A stretch of DNA of 42,136 nucleotides, from contig MNVF01000048.1 of assembly GCA_001871535.1 (NCBI GenBank), forward strand, positions 1 to 42,136, read 5' to 3'. This document shows positions 6,488 to 17,403 of the stretch, piece after piece. The notes under the pieces are model-generated. The model made no database searches. It saw only the letters and a program-made list of their open reading frames with translations, and was not told the origin of the DNA. Numbering within the stretch: the stretch's first letter is position 1; each line of letters begins with the position of its first letter. Position numbers and translations under genes: made by a program. This DNA is from Candidatus Micrarchaeota archaeon CG1_02_49_24 (GTDB taxonomy: Archaea; Micrarchaeota; Micrarchaeia; Anstonellales; UBA8471).

Positions 6488-9400
6488 TTGACTCCACTCT
6501 TTGGCAACTAATTCCGCCTGTTCTAGCACGGTTTGGGTAGCTTTTTCCTGTTTGTCAGGCGGATATCCGTATTTTCTCAATATTTTTCTGACGGCTATCC
6601 TTATCTCTGCCTTAACGCTTTCCCTGACTGACCAGTCAATTTTTACATTCCTTTTCAAGGTTTCAGTTAACTCACGTGCAATTTTCCTTAATGTTTCATC
6701 ACCAAGAACTTTGACTGCACTATCGTTTGTTTCCAGGGCATCGTAAAACGCCATTTCATCTTCCCTCAAATTCAGTAATTCCCCTCTTTTATCGTGCTTT
6801 TTCATCTCTTTTGCCAGCTCTATAAGCCGTTCAATTACTTCAACAGTCTGTATATTCCTGTTCTGATATTGACTGATCGTTTTTTCCAGCAACTCTGTAA
6901 AAGATTTAGCTGCAACCTTATTCTTCTGTTCACATACTTTGATTTGGTCATTAATCAGCTTTTTCAGCATCTCTAGTGCGAGGTTCTTCTGCTCCATCCC
7001 CTGCACTTCAGCAAGAAACTCATCTGACAATATGGAGATGCCAGGTTTTTTCAACCCTGCAATTTCGAATATGTCTATTACCTTGTCAGAGGCAATGGCC
7101 TTCGAGACCAGTTGCCTAAGCGGTATATCATAATCCTCTTCAGAATACCCTGGTTCGCTTCCCGTAAGTTTGCCCAAATATGCTTTCAACGTCTGGAAAA
7201 ATCCCAGTTCATCAGCAATTTTCATTGCTTCCTCATGGGGCACGGATAAGGCAAAGGCGCGCTTCAACGCAGCAACATTTTTGAAAAATCTTTTTTGCCC
7301 ATTTTCTTGCCTGAGAATATGATTCATTGCATCTCTTAGAATCGTCTCTTTTTTTGAAAGCGCTGCTGTGGCAAAATCGTTATAATCAAACCCATGAAAC
7401 ATGCTGGATACTATCTCATATTTTTCGCGCATGATTTTGATGGCATCCTCCTGTTGGAATACTGGAGTACCTCCCCCACCGCTTTTAGTATATGTAAGGG
7501 TTGCTTCCTTAAGTGGTTGGATTATTCCTATATAATCAACGACCAGCCCGCCTGGTTTACCCTTGAAAACCCGGTTCACCCTTGCGATCGCCTGCATCAA
7601 CCCATGCTCTTTCATAGGTTTGTCAATGTATATTGTGTGAAGGCACGGCACATCAAACCCGGTAAGCCACATATCCCTGACGATAACGAGTTTAAGTTCA
7701 TCACCTGGGTCTTTTATCCTGTTTTCTATCATTTTCCGTTGTAGTTTGGTTCTCATATGCTCTCTTGCAGCGCCGGTTATGACTACTTTGATAGCGCCCT
7801 TGTCGTGCTCTTTGCTATACCATTCTGGCCGTAGTTTGACTATCGCATCATGCAAATCTATGCAAATCCTCCTGCTCATGCATACTATCAAACCTTTTCC
7901 GTCTAATGCGGCTTGCCGTTGTTCAAAATGGCTGACAATATCCTCGGCTATGTGCCGGATTCTTTTTTTTGCCCCTACGACTTTTTCCATTCGTGCCCAT
8001 TTTGTTTTCAATTTCTCTTTTGTTTCGGTTTCCTCAGCTTCAGTTATCTCTTTAAAGTCAGACTCAATTTTCGGCATTCTTTCAGTTTTCAGCCCTATTT
8101 TCGCAAGCCTGTTCTCGTAATAAATCTGGACGGTCATGCCGTCGTTTACGGATTGTTTCATGTCATAAATATCCTTGCATCCTCCGAAAACTGCGGTGGT
8201 GCTCCGGTCATTCGTTTCAATGGGCGTAGCCGTGAACCCTATGAACGATGCGTTTGGCAGGGCGTCCCGCATGTGCCTGGCAAACCCGTCTATGAAATCG
8301 TATTGGCTCCTGTGCGCTTCATCTGCGATTACTACAATATCCCTTCTGCCTGAAAGGAGCGGGAATTTTTCTCCTGCCTCAGCTAAAAATTTCTGGGCGG
8401 TTGTAAAGACGATTCCGCCAGACGCAACCTTCAGGAACTCTTTTAGCGCTTGTTTTGTTGCTGCCTGTTTTGGCATATTCCGCAATAACTCGCTGCATTT
8501 GCAAAAGGTTTCAAACAGTTGGTCGTCAAGGTCGTTCCTGTCTGTGATTACAACTATCGTCGGGTTTCCCATTGCGTCTACTATCTTCCCGGTGTAGAAT
8601 GCCATTGTCAGGCTTTTCCCGGAGCCTTGCGTATGCCAGATTATGCCAGCCCGTTTATCCCCAGAAGGACTGGCAGCTTCAATGGTGGATTTTAGCGCAG
8701 CTAATACGGCATAATATTGGTGATAGGCTGCAAGTTTTTTTATTATCTTTTCAGAGCTTTTGGATTTTTCTTTTTCAAATGTTATAAAATGCCTGACCAA
8801 ATCAATAATTACCTCCTTCCTGAGCATATCCAGAATAAGAGTATCCCTGGAAAATTGGTCCAACTCCTCCAAAACCTTGCCGTCAATGGCTTTCCATTCC
8901 ATAAACCGCTCTATATCCGAGCTGATAGTGCCGGCCCAGGCCTTAACGCCGTCGCTTATGATTATTATCTCATTGTAATGAAAGAGCGTGGATATCTCCC
9001 TAAGGTATCGTTGCATCTGAGCATAAGCTGTTGCCTTGTCTGCCTTTTCTTCTGCAGGATTTTTGAGCTCAATAACGACTAATGGCAGGCCGTTTACGAA
9101 TAGCACGATGTCAGTCCGCTTGTTTATGCCGTTTTCCTTCACAGTGAACTGGTTCACTGCCAGGAATTCGTTATTTTTGAGATTGGAGAAATCAACAAGC
9201 TTAACTGTGTCATCTTTGATAGAGCCATCCGTTCTCCGATATTGAACATCCACGCCGTCAACAAGCATTTTATGGAACAGATGGTTGTTGTGGATTAGCT
9301 TCTGGCTCTCAGCGCGCAGGACTTTTTTAACTGCTTCCTCTTTTGCATCGCCCGGAATCGCAGGGTTGGACCTGTCAATTGCATCGTTCAGCCGCTCAAT

Positions 9401-9544
9401 CAGCACTACCTCAGAATAGCTCTTTCGTTCTGGAGTTTTTCCATCAGGCGCGATGTCCGGGCCGAACAATATACTGTAGCCGTTCTGGCGCAGCTTTTGC
9501 AGAACGTTTTCTTCAATTCCGGATTCGGTTATTATGGATGCCAT
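6485..9544 (-). CDS. hsdR: Type I restriction enzyme R subunit
   Basis: 1019 aa. Walker A TQGSGKS, DEAH box IADEAHRSQ, helicase C-terminal motifs, and the typical type I HsdR N- and C-terminal regions. Confidence 0.95.
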   Translation of the reverse strand: MASIITESGIEENVLQKLRQNGYSILFGPDIAPDGKTPERKSYSEVVLIERLNDAIDRSNPAIPGDAKEEAVKKVLRAESQKLIHNNHLFHKMLVDGVDVQYRRTDGSIKDDTVKLVDFSNLKNNEFLAVNQFTVKENGINKRTDIVLFVNGLPLVVIELKNPAEEKADKATAYAQMQRYLREISTLFHYNEIIIISDGVKAWAGTISSDIERFMEWKAIDGKVLEELDQFSRDTLILDMLRKEVIIDLVRHFITFEKEKSKSSEKIIKKLAAYHQYYAVLAALKSTIEAASPSGDKRAGIIWHTQGSGKSLTMAFYTGKIVDAMGNPTIVVITDRNDLDDQLFETFCKCSELLRNMPKQAATKQALKEFLKVASGGIVFTTAQKFLAEAGEKFPLLSGRRDIVVIADEAHRSQYDFIDGFARHMRDALPNASFIGFTATPIETNDRSTTAVFGGCKDIYDMKQSVNDGMTVQIYYENRLAKIGLKTERMPKIESDFKEITEAEETETKEKLKTKWARMEKVVGAKKRIRHIAEDIVSHFEQRQAALDGKGLIVCMSRRICIDLHDAIVKLRPEWYSKEHDKGAIKVVITGAAREHMRTKLQRKMIENRIKDPGDELKLVIVRDMWLTGFDVPCLHTIYIDKPMKEHGLMQAIARVNRVFKGKPGGLVVDYIGIIQPLKEATLTYTKSGGGGTPVFQQEDAIKIMREKYEIVSSMFHGFDYNDFATAALSKKETILRDAMNHILRQENGQKRFFKNVAALKRAFALSVPHEEAMKIADELGFFQTLKAYLGKLTGSEPGYSEEDYDIPLRQLVSKAIASDKVIDIFEIAGLKKPGISILSDEFLAEVQGMEQKNLALEMLKKLINDQIKVCEQKNKVAAKSFTELLEKTISQYQNRNIQTVEVIERLIELAKEMKKHDKRGELLNLREDEMAFYDALETNDSAVKVLGDETLRKIARELTETLKRNVKIDWSVRESVKAEIRIAVRKILRKYGYPPDKQEKATQTVLEQAELVAKEWSQ

Positions 9545-10467
9545 TTATTTTCACCTTTTGTTAGGGTTTTATAGTTCGTATGTTCCCGTGTTATTGATGT
9601 TGGATTATTAGAAATAAACGTGACATCATCATCAATTAGTTCTTTCATTTTTTTTATTAAATCAATTGATTTGCTTAAACCATTAAAAGTAGTCACAACT
9701 ATCGGAAGAATTGGGTTACGTTTTGTTGTTAAACTTAGCTTATTGGCATATGGTTGTGGTGAAAGGTAAATAAAATTGTCAACGTCATCGAGATCTTTAA
9801 TTTCAAATCCTTCGTCCATACTAACTTTCATTATCTTCGCGTCAGTGACCAAAAGTGGGAAGCACGCATGAATTGGAAACATATTGTCAATTCCTTTATA
9901 ATTATTTAGTTCTCTTCTATGCACGTATTCGCAGGCAAAAGCTATATCTACTGACTCATCATAAACGATGTTATTACCCTCGTCCATTACTTTTTTCATA
10001 TTTCCCTTTTTTGTATCCTTATTTGAATTCTCGTCGACAATAGCTATATTCTCGCTGACACTTATTTTTCCTGCTAACTCAAAAAAACGTTTTGCTGATA
10101 TAACTCCACCCAAATAATGCTGAAATGTAAATCCATCATTAAGAAAGTTTGGTAACCTTAATATAAAATTTTCATTGTTAAAGTTCTCTTTTTCAAAAAT
10201 GCATATGTTTTTTGTTGCCCATTTTTTCACTTCACCTATAACTCTAACCGTAAGAAGGACGTTCATGTCTATATCCCTAGAGTGTAAAACATTAACTCCA
10301 AAATGGGCTTCAATATCCAAGTCTTTGGAAATGTCGTTCCCCGTTCTATCCGTGTTGTATTTAGATTGATATACTGTTAAGCCAAAGTCATGTAACTGTT
10401 TTCTAACTTTAATCTCTAATGGGAACCCTGTTTCTTTAAGGATGTCTTTCAAATCATTTTTGTTCAT
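9532..10467 (-). CDS. Hypothetical protein with PD-(D/E)xK-like N-terminal motif, embedded between hsdS and hsdR
   Basis: ..KDLDIEAHF..(27 aa)..VIGEVKKW (D...E-x-K). Overlaps hsdS by 4 nt (ATGA) and hsdR by 13 nt. Visibly more A/T-rich than hsdR. Confidence 0.45.
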   Translation of the reverse strand: MNKNDLKDILKETGFPLEIKVRKQLHDFGLTVYQSKYNTDRTGNDISKDLDIEAHFGVNVLHSRDIDMNVLLTVRVIGEVKKWATKNICIFEKENFNNENFILRLPNFLNDGFTFQHYLGGVISAKRFFELAGKISVSENIAIVDENSNKDTKKGNMKKVMDEGNNIVYDESVDIAFACEYVHRRELNNYKGIDNMFPIHACFPLLVTDAKIMKVSMDEGFEIKDLDDVDNFIYLSPQPYANKLSLTTKRNPILPIVVTTFNGLSKSIDLIKKMKELIDDDVTFISNNPTSITREHTNYKTLTKGENKWHP

Positions 10468-11765
10468 GTTTTATCAACTACATTCAGAGGAACTCTGATT
10501 TTACCAGACATAAGCCTAGGGAGCAATGAATCGCGAATATCTGATAATGTTCTACATTCTAACAAGTTTCCCCTGATTCTTTCTATAACCTCATTGACCT
10601 TTCTTTCAAAAACCATAACCAATTTTTTGTTTGGAACAAGAATATGCATATCTCTAATGGCGTCCGAATTTGTAGCGGTCGCTATTGAGGATGTACTACC
10701 TAGGGATTCGAAATTAAAATTTTTCAGATAGAAATAAAGATATTTTGAACTTATGAGTGAATCCTTAAGCTGGAATTGAGCTATTGCTTCGTTGGACGCC
10801 ATTGCCTTTGAAGCGATCCCTATTCTTCCAACTGTTAATTTAAAGCTCAACATAACTGTTCCTTCGGGAATTATGGGTATCCGAAACTTTTGGATTGCTC
10901 CTTGTTTTAGATATTCTGAGGTGTCGAATATGAACATTCCCGACTTTCCCATATCTTTAATTGACACCCAACAGACGTCAATAGCTTCTGTTGTGAACCA
11001 TTCTGCCTCCTTTCGGGGCGGCGTCCGTCCAATCATGACTTCAGCTACGTCGTCAATACGCTTTATCGCCCACCCCTCCGGTATCTCTCCCAATTCCGAC
11101 TCAATCATCCTCCCGCCGCTTGACTTGTACGGCTTCCCGTTCTCGTCGGGAAACTCGAAGTCAACGAACCAGTGCTTGAACAACGCTTCCGCCATCGATT
11201 CAAGCGTTGCGTTCATCTCGCGGTTGAGCTCGATTTTGGCGTCTAAGTTAGAAAGGATTTTGGAGATAGCGTGTTGTTCATGAAGGGGCGGACAAGGTAC
11301 TAATAGCTTTGAAATTGTATTGGCGTTGAATTGAGGCTGTGCTCCGCCGTTTACTAGATTATTTGCTTGATTCCAATATAGACTACTTCGTGAGAATTGA
11401 AAGAAGAAATTACTGCCGATAATATTCTCCTTAAATAATAGCCTGATTAGAAAGCCTCCATATGTTGCCTTGAATTCTTTATCAAATAGATAGGTTTTCC
11501 CAAAGGATGCGCCAGTTCTTGCAACTAGAACATCGTTTTTCTTTAGAATCCACTCTTTTTTGACTCGATCTTTTCCAATAAATGTCAAACCGGTTTTGTT
11601 AAGAAAACCGTCTGAAGTTATGTCTGTAATTCTGAGGTATACATACTCGCCTGTTTCTTTTGCTCGTTCCCCTAACCCGTACTGAAAGCCAGCTATCTCT
11701 CCTAGTTCTCTTACTGCCCAGTCTTCAGGGATTTTTCCGATTTCGGTTTCTTTGAATTTTGTCAT
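10464..11765 (-). CDS. hsdS: Type I R-M specificity subunit
   Basis: Two variable halves separated by the conserved LHEQHAISKILSNLDAKIELNREMNATLESMAEALFKHWFVDFEFP, plus C-terminal LSDIRDSLLPRLMSGKIRV. ATG 11765 forms an ATGA overlap with the upstream stop. The track start at 11783 is less likely. Confidence 0.9.
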   Translation of the reverse strand: MTKFKETEIGKIPEDWAVRELGEIAGFQYGLGERAKETGEYVYLRITDITSDGFLNKTGLTFIGKDRVKKEWILKKNDVLVARTGASFGKTYLFDKEFKATYGGFLIRLLFKENIIGSNFFFQFSRSSLYWNQANNLVNGGAQPQFNANTISKLLVPCPPLHEQHAISKILSNLDAKIELNREMNATLESMAEALFKHWFVDFEFPDENGKPYKSSGGRMIESELGEIPEGWAIKRIDDVAEVMIGRTPPRKEAEWFTTEAIDVCWVSIKDMGKSGMFIFDTSEYLKQGAIQKFRIPIIPEGTVMLSFKLTVGRIGIASKAMASNEAIAQFQLKDSLISSKYLYFYLKNFNFESLGSTSSIATATNSDAIRDMHILVPNKKLVMVFERKVNEVIERIRGNLLECRTLSDIRDSLLPRLMSGKIRVPLNVVDKT

Positions 11766-12184
11766 TTGCCATTCCACATCCATCTAGGTCTGTTTGGTGC
11801 AAAGTTCCAGACATTTTTGAATAAATAAACGTTATCAAAAAAAGTATCATCTCCTATTAGTATTGCACCTTCAATATATGCTAATTTTTCAGTCGTTCCC
11901 ATGATAAAATAATCTTTTTCAGAAATTTTTTTATCAAAATCTGCAGACAGTATCTGTTCTATCTCTTTTTTCCTGGCAATTAAAAGTTCGCAGCTTTGGC
12001 AAAATCGGCAGGTTTTGTTCAAATTAAGAATCATTTTTCTTTTTTTTATTGCAATCGTTAGAGGAAGTTTTTTTATCTTCGTTGCATGATCGCATTTGGG
12101 GCATTTGGAAAAAGCACAATCAGGATAGGGATTCAGAAAAAAATAATATCTTTCTTTCATCTTTCTGGATTTACCCATAGTCAA
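11762..12184 (-). CDS. Zn-ribbon hypothetical protein embedded in the R-M operon
   Basis: CPKC...(33 aa)...CRFCQSC cysteine pairs. 140 aa. A/T-rich. No family recognised. Confidence 0.5.
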   Translation of the reverse strand: MTMGKSRKMKERYYFFLNPYPDCAFSKCPKCDHATKIKKLPLTIAIKKRKMILNLNKTCRFCQSCELLIARKKEIEQILSADFDKKISEKDYFIMGTTEKLAYIEGAILIGDDTFFDNVYLFKNVWNFAPNRPRWMWNGK

Positions 12185-12269
12185 CCAATCCTCATCAAAT
12201 TCTTCTTAGTCTCCTCTTCCAACCTATCCGATTCCTTAAACTGTTCAGAAAGCTCAGCAGTTAGTTTTT

Positions 12270-13529
12270 TCATTTCCATTTCCTCTTGATAACCTGCCAG
12301 TGCCCAGCACTGGTCGTGCCTTTTCTTTTTAGCAGTTTTTTATCCTTCAATTTCTTTATGTACTCTTTTATAGTATCAAGTCTAATCCCTAAATTGGCAG
12401 CTAATGCCGTTCTGGATAGTTTGGGATTGCCTGCCAATATATTCAGTATTTTCAGCTCTAGTTCGGTAATGTTAACTGGGGGGGTAGTTCTCTCCACTGT
12501 TTTAGCATCCTTCCCAACCCGCTTGAACACAGTTACAAACTGCCTTCCGACTTCCTCAAACAGGGTATCCGGTGCTTTTGACAATATCAGTCGTATCCCG
12601 CGGCCCCATTTCTCTATGAAATGTACCCGGTGGAGCATCTCAGCTATGAGTTCATTGCGCCGTTCTGACACACCCCCGCGACGTATCCGCGCAATCGTCA
12701 GCCCGCCGTAAAGCAAACCAGGGCTGCGGAGTTCCACCCTGTCAGTGAATACGGCTATGCTCACAGAATCATAGAGATGGTAATCGCGATGGCAGAAAGC
12801 GTTTATGATTGCTTCGCGTGTAGCCTCTTTGGGTATTTCCGGCACGTCAACCCTGTAAAGCCCTTCAAGGCGCATTCCAAGGTATGTATTCCGCGCTATA
12901 TATCCTTCTGCTTGCCCAATGAGATAAAACAGGTCGCCTTCGTATTCCTTCCTGTCAATGATGACTGCCGAATCAGTGCCGGCAAACACTGCACACCGCA
13001 ATTTTGCGTTGGGAAAGAATTTTTGCGGCTTGCGGGCGAACAGGAGCACTGCGGCATTAAGGATGCGCCCATTGGCTAGCAGGCTCAGTTTACTTAGCGA
13101 GTTTTTAACAGATACGTATCCAAGACCGGCAAGCTTCAAGAATTTTCTTAGCTTATTAGAGCTTATGTCAGTTAATTTTGCGCTTTGGCAGTTTTGCTTG
13201 TCCCAGCGCAGGGCATCCTTGTTTTTTGCAAGGATTATGCGCTCAAGCTCGCCGCCGCTTACCTGCTGGTCCTCATCACCAACTCGCATGTATGCCCTTC
13301 CATATGCTCTATATGGTGCATTTTGGCCGGAAAACTTAATGCAGATACACTGCCTGCCATCAAACTCAACCACTTCTATAACCGGATATACACGCGGCTC
13401 TATATGCGAGGAAATTGCCTGACTGATTGTTCTAATAGTAGTGTCAGCAACTTGCTGGCCCAGGATTATGCCATCATTCCCTATCCCGAAATACAGTTCG
13501 CCCTTTCCGTGCTTGTTAAGAATTGCCAC
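12270..13529 (-). CDS. Schlafen/AlbA_2 + HATPase_c_4-like + wHTH protein (COG2865 type), 5' end frameshifted
   Basis: Paralog of 15434-16810 (NKHGKGELYFGIGNDG; REAIINAFCHRDY; GLLYGGLT; C-terminal wHTH). The true N-terminus [12 protein letters not shown] starts at ATG 13600 in another frame, disrupted at an A6 run (13565-13570). Confidence 0.75.
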   Translation of the reverse strand: MAILNKHGKGELYFGIGNDGIILGQQVADTTIRTISQAISSHIEPRVYPVIEVVEFDGRQCICIKFSGQNAPYRAYGRAYMRVGDEDQQVSGGELERIILAKNKDALRWDKQNCQSAKLTDISSNKLRKFLKLAGLGYVSVKNSLSKLSLLANGRILNAAVLLFARKPQKFFPNAKLRCAVFAGTDSAVIIDRKEYEGDLFYLIGQAEGYIARNTYLGMRLEGLYRVDVPEIPKEATREAIINAFCHRDYHLYDSVSIAVFTDRVELRSPGLLYGGLTIARIRRGGVSERRNELIAEMLHRVHFIEKWGRGIRLILSKAPDTLFEEVGRQFVTVFKRVGKDAKTVERTTPPVNITELELKILNILAGNPKLSRTALAANLGIRLDTIKEYIKKLKDKKLLKRKGTTSAGHWQVIKRKWK

Positions 13530-13592
13530 AATGGAGATTAACGCATCCTTCAGTTCGGATGTTGTTTTTTCAACTCAAGCGTTTCTGATTCC

Positions 13593-15128
13593 TTAAACAT
13601 CATACCCTAGCCCCTTGAAGTTCTTCTTTATCTCTTCTTCCAACTCTTTTGATTTTTTGAATTGTTCTGAGAGTTCGGATGTAAGTCTCTTCATTTTATC
13701 TTGGAATTTTTCGTCATCCTCTTCTACCTCTTCAGTTCCAACATACCTGCCAGGAGTAAGTATATGCTCGTGCTTCCTAATCTCATCAAGCTTTACCGAT
13801 TTGCAGAAACCCGGCATATCCTCATATTTTCCGCCTTCGCCTCTCCAGGCATGGTAAGTGTCAGATATTCTCTTGATTTCTTCATCCGTCAGCTCCCTGT
13901 GTCTCCTGTCAATCATTGCGCCCATCTTGCGCGCATCAATAAACAAGACTTCGCCGCGCCTGTCGCGGAATTTGTGATTCTTCTTATCGCGCGCAACGAA
14001 CCACAGGCAGGCTGGAATCATTGTGTTGTAGAAAAGCTGGGACGGCAGGGCAATCATACAATCAACTATGTCCGCCTCAACTATTTTCCTGCGAATTTCT
14101 CCCTCACCGGACGTATTGGACGACATGGAACCATTCGCTAGGACAAAACCCGCAATTCCCGCAGGCGAGAGATGATGGATAAAGTGCTGCACCCAGGCAA
14201 AGTTTGCGTTTCCCGCAGGCGGAATGCCATATTTCCAGCGCACGTCGTCTTTGAGTTGTTCCCCTCCCCAGTCGCTCATGTTGAATGGCGGGTTGGCAAG
14301 TATGAACTCAGCTTTCAGGTCTTTATGGAGGTCGTTATGGAAACTGTCGCCCAATTGTATATTAGCGTCAATCCCCCGTATTGCAAGGTTCATGGTACAT
14401 AATCTCCAGGTGGTAGCGTTTGATTCCTGCCCATAAACTGAAATGTCCCCTAGTTTCCCCTGGCGCTCCTTAACAAATTTCTCGCTCTGGACAAACATTC
14501 CCCCTGAGCCGCAGCACGGGTCGTATATACGTCCTTTGTAGGGCTCTATCATTTCAACAAGGACGCGAACTATGCAGCGGGGAGTATAGAATTGCCCCCC
14601 TTTCTTGCCTTCAGCATCTGCAAACTGCCCTAAAAAGTATTCATAAACGCGTCCCAGGATATCCTTGCCTTTGCTTTCTGAATCACCCAATCCAATAGTC
14701 CCTATCAAATCGATTAATTCACCTAATCGTTGCTTATCAAGTGCAGGGCGTGCGTAATTTTTTGGAAGAACACCTTTAAGTTTAGGATTTTCATTTTCTA
14801 TTGCATCCATTGCATCATCTATAATCTTCCCAATTTCAGGCCGTTTTGCATTGCTCTGCAAATGGTCCCACCGTGCTTCCTTAGGCACCCAGAAAACGTT
14901 CTTCCTTTTGTATTCGTCCCTTTCTTCAGGCCCGAGGCTGTCGGTATCTTTTTTCAGTTCATCATAGCGTTCTTTGAATGAATCCGATATGTGTTTGAGA
15001 AAAATCAGGCCAAGCGCAACATGTTTGTATTCAGCAGCGTCCATATTACTTCGCATTTTGTCTGCTGCCTGCCAGAGCTTCTGCTCGAATCCAAGGTTTG
15101 CGCCGTTATTTTTTTCTTTAACCATCAA
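13593..15128 (-). CDS. hsdM: Type I R-M N6-adenine DNA methyltransferase subunit
   Basis: N-terminal [34 protein letters not shown], motif [11 protein letters not shown], and motif IV NPPF ([11 protein letters not shown]). Confidence 0.95.
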   Translation of the reverse strand: MMVKEKNNGANLGFEQKLWQAADKMRSNMDAAEYKHVALGLIFLKHISDSFKERYDELKKDTDSLGPEERDEYKRKNVFWVPKEARWDHLQSNAKRPEIGKIIDDAMDAIENENPKLKGVLPKNYARPALDKQRLGELIDLIGTIGLGDSESKGKDILGRVYEYFLGQFADAEGKKGGQFYTPRCIVRVLVEMIEPYKGRIYDPCCGSGGMFVQSEKFVKERQGKLGDISVYGQESNATTWRLCTMNLAIRGIDANIQLGDSFHNDLHKDLKAEFILANPPFNMSDWGGEQLKDDVRWKYGIPPAGNANFAWVQHFIHHLSPAGIAGFVLANGSMSSNTSGEGEIRRKIVEADIVDCMIALPSQLFYNTMIPACLWFVARDKKNHKFRDRRGEVLFIDARKMGAMIDRRHRELTDEEIKRISDTYHAWRGEGGKYEDMPGFCKSVKLDEIRKHEHILTPGRYVGTEEVEEDDEKFQDKMKRLTSELSEQFKKSKELEEEIKKNFKGLGYDV

Positions 15129-15216
15129 TCCACCCTCTACAGCACCGCCATCTTCCCGGCAATCGGCTTGCCATTCCTCATGGAAATCTTCCCACAGCCT
15201 TTTGGAGTTGTTTCCA

Positions 15217-15441
15217 TTAATATTTTCTCTCCCATTTGGAAGGCTCGATAATCTTCTCCCCTTCCTTCTGCAGCATGTCCATTAGCTTCTTCCTCGTCTC
15301 GGAAATCATGCCTACGGCGTCATCTGGAGTTTTCGCATTCTGGACAGTAATCCTGTAGGACATGCCGGAAGCAAACCGGCTGATGCCAACACTCACCGTT
15401 TTCTCCCCGCTCACGGTTTTCTCATCAGTTTCATCATCCAT
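15217..15441 (-). CDS. Small hypothetical protein (74 aa) upstream of hsdM
   Basis: ATG 15441 overlaps the upstream stop by 8 nt (ATGGATGA). [34 protein letters not shown]... No family recognised. Confidence 0.4.
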   Translation of the reverse strand: MDDETDEKTVSGEKTVSVGISRFASGMSYRITVQNAKTPDDAVGMISETRKKLMDMLQKEGEKIIEPSKWERKY

Positions 15442-16810
15442 TTGAATCACCCTTTTTGCTAGGGTTCCATTTCCCACAGCTCTTTTTTATCTCCCAATGC
15501 CCGCCCTTGTCAGGGCCCACGCGCTTCAGCACGCCGTCTTTGGTGAGCTTGCGCAACCGGGAGCGGATGGTGCTGATGGGCTTGCGGAGTTTCTGCGCAA
15601 TCGCCTTCTTTGAGATGGTCGGGTCGGAGAGGATAATTTCGATGAGTTTCTGGTACTTTTCAGGCACTTTGCAGGCATTCTCCGAACCTTTTTCGACGAT
15701 ATTTTCAGGCACTGGGCTCTTTCTCTTGAACACGGTGATGAAATGGCGCCCGACTTCCTTGAACGAAGCCGTTGGCTCTTTCTGCAATATCAGGCGGATG
15801 CCGCGGCCCCAGGCTTCGGCGTAATGGATGCGCTGCAACATGCTGACGATAAGTTCATTTCGCCTCTCAGAGACGCCTTCCTTTATAATGCGCTCAATCG
15901 TCAGCCCACCATAAAGCAAGCCGGGGCTGCTGATTTCCACCCGGTCGTTGAAGATGGCCACGTGCACCGAATCTGGATTATGATAATCCCGGTGGCAGAA
16001 GGCATTGATGATTGCCTCACGCAGCGCCGAACGGTCGATTTCAGGAACATCAACCCGTGCCAGTCCTTCCAACCGCTCGCCCACGTGGATGTTCTTGAGG
16101 ACATACGCTTGGGCATCTTCGATAAGGGTGAACAGGTCGCCCTCGAAGTCCTTCTTGTCAAGGATTGTGGCCGAGCCGGTGAATACGGCGCAGCGAAGCT
16201 TGGCGTTGTGGAAGAATTTCTGCGGCGAGCGCCCGAACAAGAGTATGGCGGCGTTCGTGAGCGCCCCGCTCGGTGATAGTATAAGGCCCATGTTGTGCAA
16301 TGCGAGATCTCTTGATTCGAGTTCAAGATTGGCCTTTTCTAGGAAAACGCCTAATTTTCCGGAGTCAATGTCATTGGACATGGCGCCTGGGCAGGGTTTG
16401 TCGTCCCAGTGCAAGGCGTCCTTGCTCTCCCGTATAATTAGCTCTCGCAGTTCCTTGCCGCTCAAGACGGGATTCTTGTCGCCCACGCGGGTGTAGGCGC
16501 GCCCATAGGCAAAATAAGGCATCTGGTTCCCGCTGACTTTGACGCGGATGCAGGGCTTCCCATCGATTCGCTCTTCCTGGATGTTAGGGAATATCTCCGG
16601 CTCGATATGGTCTTGGATGGATTTGGAGATGTCTGGCACTGTCATCTTTCCGATATCCTGCCCGGCCGCCTTTCCGTCGTCCTCTATGCCGAAGATGACT
16701 TCGCCCTGTCCGTGCTTGTTGAGCATGGCGCAGATAGAAATAATGGCCTCCTTGAGTTCGGAGGTTGATTTCTTGAGTTCAAGTGACTCTGATTCTTTGA
16801 GTTGCATCAT
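15434..16810 (-). CDS. Schlafen/AlbA_2 + HATPase_c_4-like + wHTH protein (COG2865 type)
   Basis: ESESLELKKS..NKHGQGEVIFGIEDDG (AlbA_2-type N-terminus), REAIINAFCHRDY..GLLYGGLT core, and C-terminal wHTH ISKKAIAQKLRKPISTIRSRLRKLTKDGVLKRVG. ATG 16810 overlaps the Csa3-like stop (TGATG). Confidence 0.8.
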   Translation of the reverse strand: MMQLKESESLELKKSTSELKEAIISICAMLNKHGQGEVIFGIEDDGKAAGQDIGKMTVPDISKSIQDHIEPEIFPNIQEERIDGKPCIRVKVSGNQMPYFAYGRAYTRVGDKNPVLSGKELRELIIRESKDALHWDDKPCPGAMSNDIDSGKLGVFLEKANLELESRDLALHNMGLILSPSGALTNAAILLFGRSPQKFFHNAKLRCAVFTGSATILDKKDFEGDLFTLIEDAQAYVLKNIHVGERLEGLARVDVPEIDRSALREAIINAFCHRDYHNPDSVHVAIFNDRVEISSPGLLYGGLTIERIIKEGVSERRNELIVSMLQRIHYAEAWGRGIRLILQKEPTASFKEVGRHFITVFKRKSPVPENIVEKGSENACKVPEKYQKLIEIILSDPTISKKAIAQKLRKPISTIRSRLRKLTKDGVLKRVGPDKGGHWEIKKSCGKWNPSKKGDSNG

Positions 16811-17403
16811 CACAGCACCGCCATCTTCCCGGTCAGCGTAATCTCAAACTTCTCATCCACATATCCGGCATCCTTCAATTCCTTCAAATGCTGATAGAGC
16901 ATGCCCGGAGTTTTGCCCAATTTGTCCGCAATCTCCGCAATCGGTTTCCCATTTCTCTTCTCAATCTCAAGCAGGAGCTCGCGTTTCGGCTCGGAAAGCC
17001 CGAAAGTCAGTTTCGGCAGCTCCACCAATTTGTTCAGGTCCGGCAATTCATTGCACACAATTTTTTCAACAAGCTCGGGCCGCGCATAGCACCCATACAA
17101 AACTCCCTGGGCCATGAGCTTCCACCCGCCTGAAACGTTCACAATCGCCCGGTTGTTTTTCTCCAGGAGCTCAACAGTCTTCTTGGCAACCGCAAAGATG
17201 TCCGCGCAGTCAACCACAATCTCCCTGATGTCAGCCACCGTGCCGTAAAGCTCCTTCACCTTCACCAGCCCCTCCTGCACCTTCTTTTCACCAGTGGAGC
17301 TGTTTGCTATCACCAGCACTATCTTGCCCGGCGAAAACGCATGCGCCGCTGCCACGAACGGCTCGAAAGAATAGAAAGTGGCTATCAGTGTAGTGTCGGC
17401 CAT
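16810..17403 (-). CDS. csa3: Csa3-like regulator (CARF-type Rossmann domain + C-terminal wHTH)
   Basis: TLIATFYSFEPFV..KIVLVIA..(~70 aa)..VNVSGGWKLMAQGVL follows the Csa3/CARF layout (beta1-[GF]-x-E, late GG-x-[KR]-x-[LM] motif). C-terminal LSEPKRELLLEIEKRNGKPIAEIADKLGKTPGMLYQHLKELKDAGYV is a wHTH. Confidence 0.6.
   Translation of the reverse strand: MADTTLIATFYSFEPFVAAAHAFSPGKIVLVIANSSTGEKKVQEGLVKVKELYGTVADIREIVVDCADIFAVAKKTVELLEKNNRAIVNVSGGWKLMAQGVLYGCYARPELVEKIVCNELPDLNKLVELPKLTFGLSEPKRELLLEIEKRNGKPIAEIADKLGKTPGMLYQHLKELKDAGYVDEKFEITLTGKMAVL

Noticed and set aside
6501-9564. Numerous 60-146-aa plus-strand ORFs antisense to hsdR, and similar ones antisense to hsdS, hsdM, the COG2865 genes, rad50, CARDB, CaCA and GT2-HAD
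   Set aside because: They lie fully inside well-supported long genes on the other strand and have low-complexity or odd composition. These are typical shadow ORFs.
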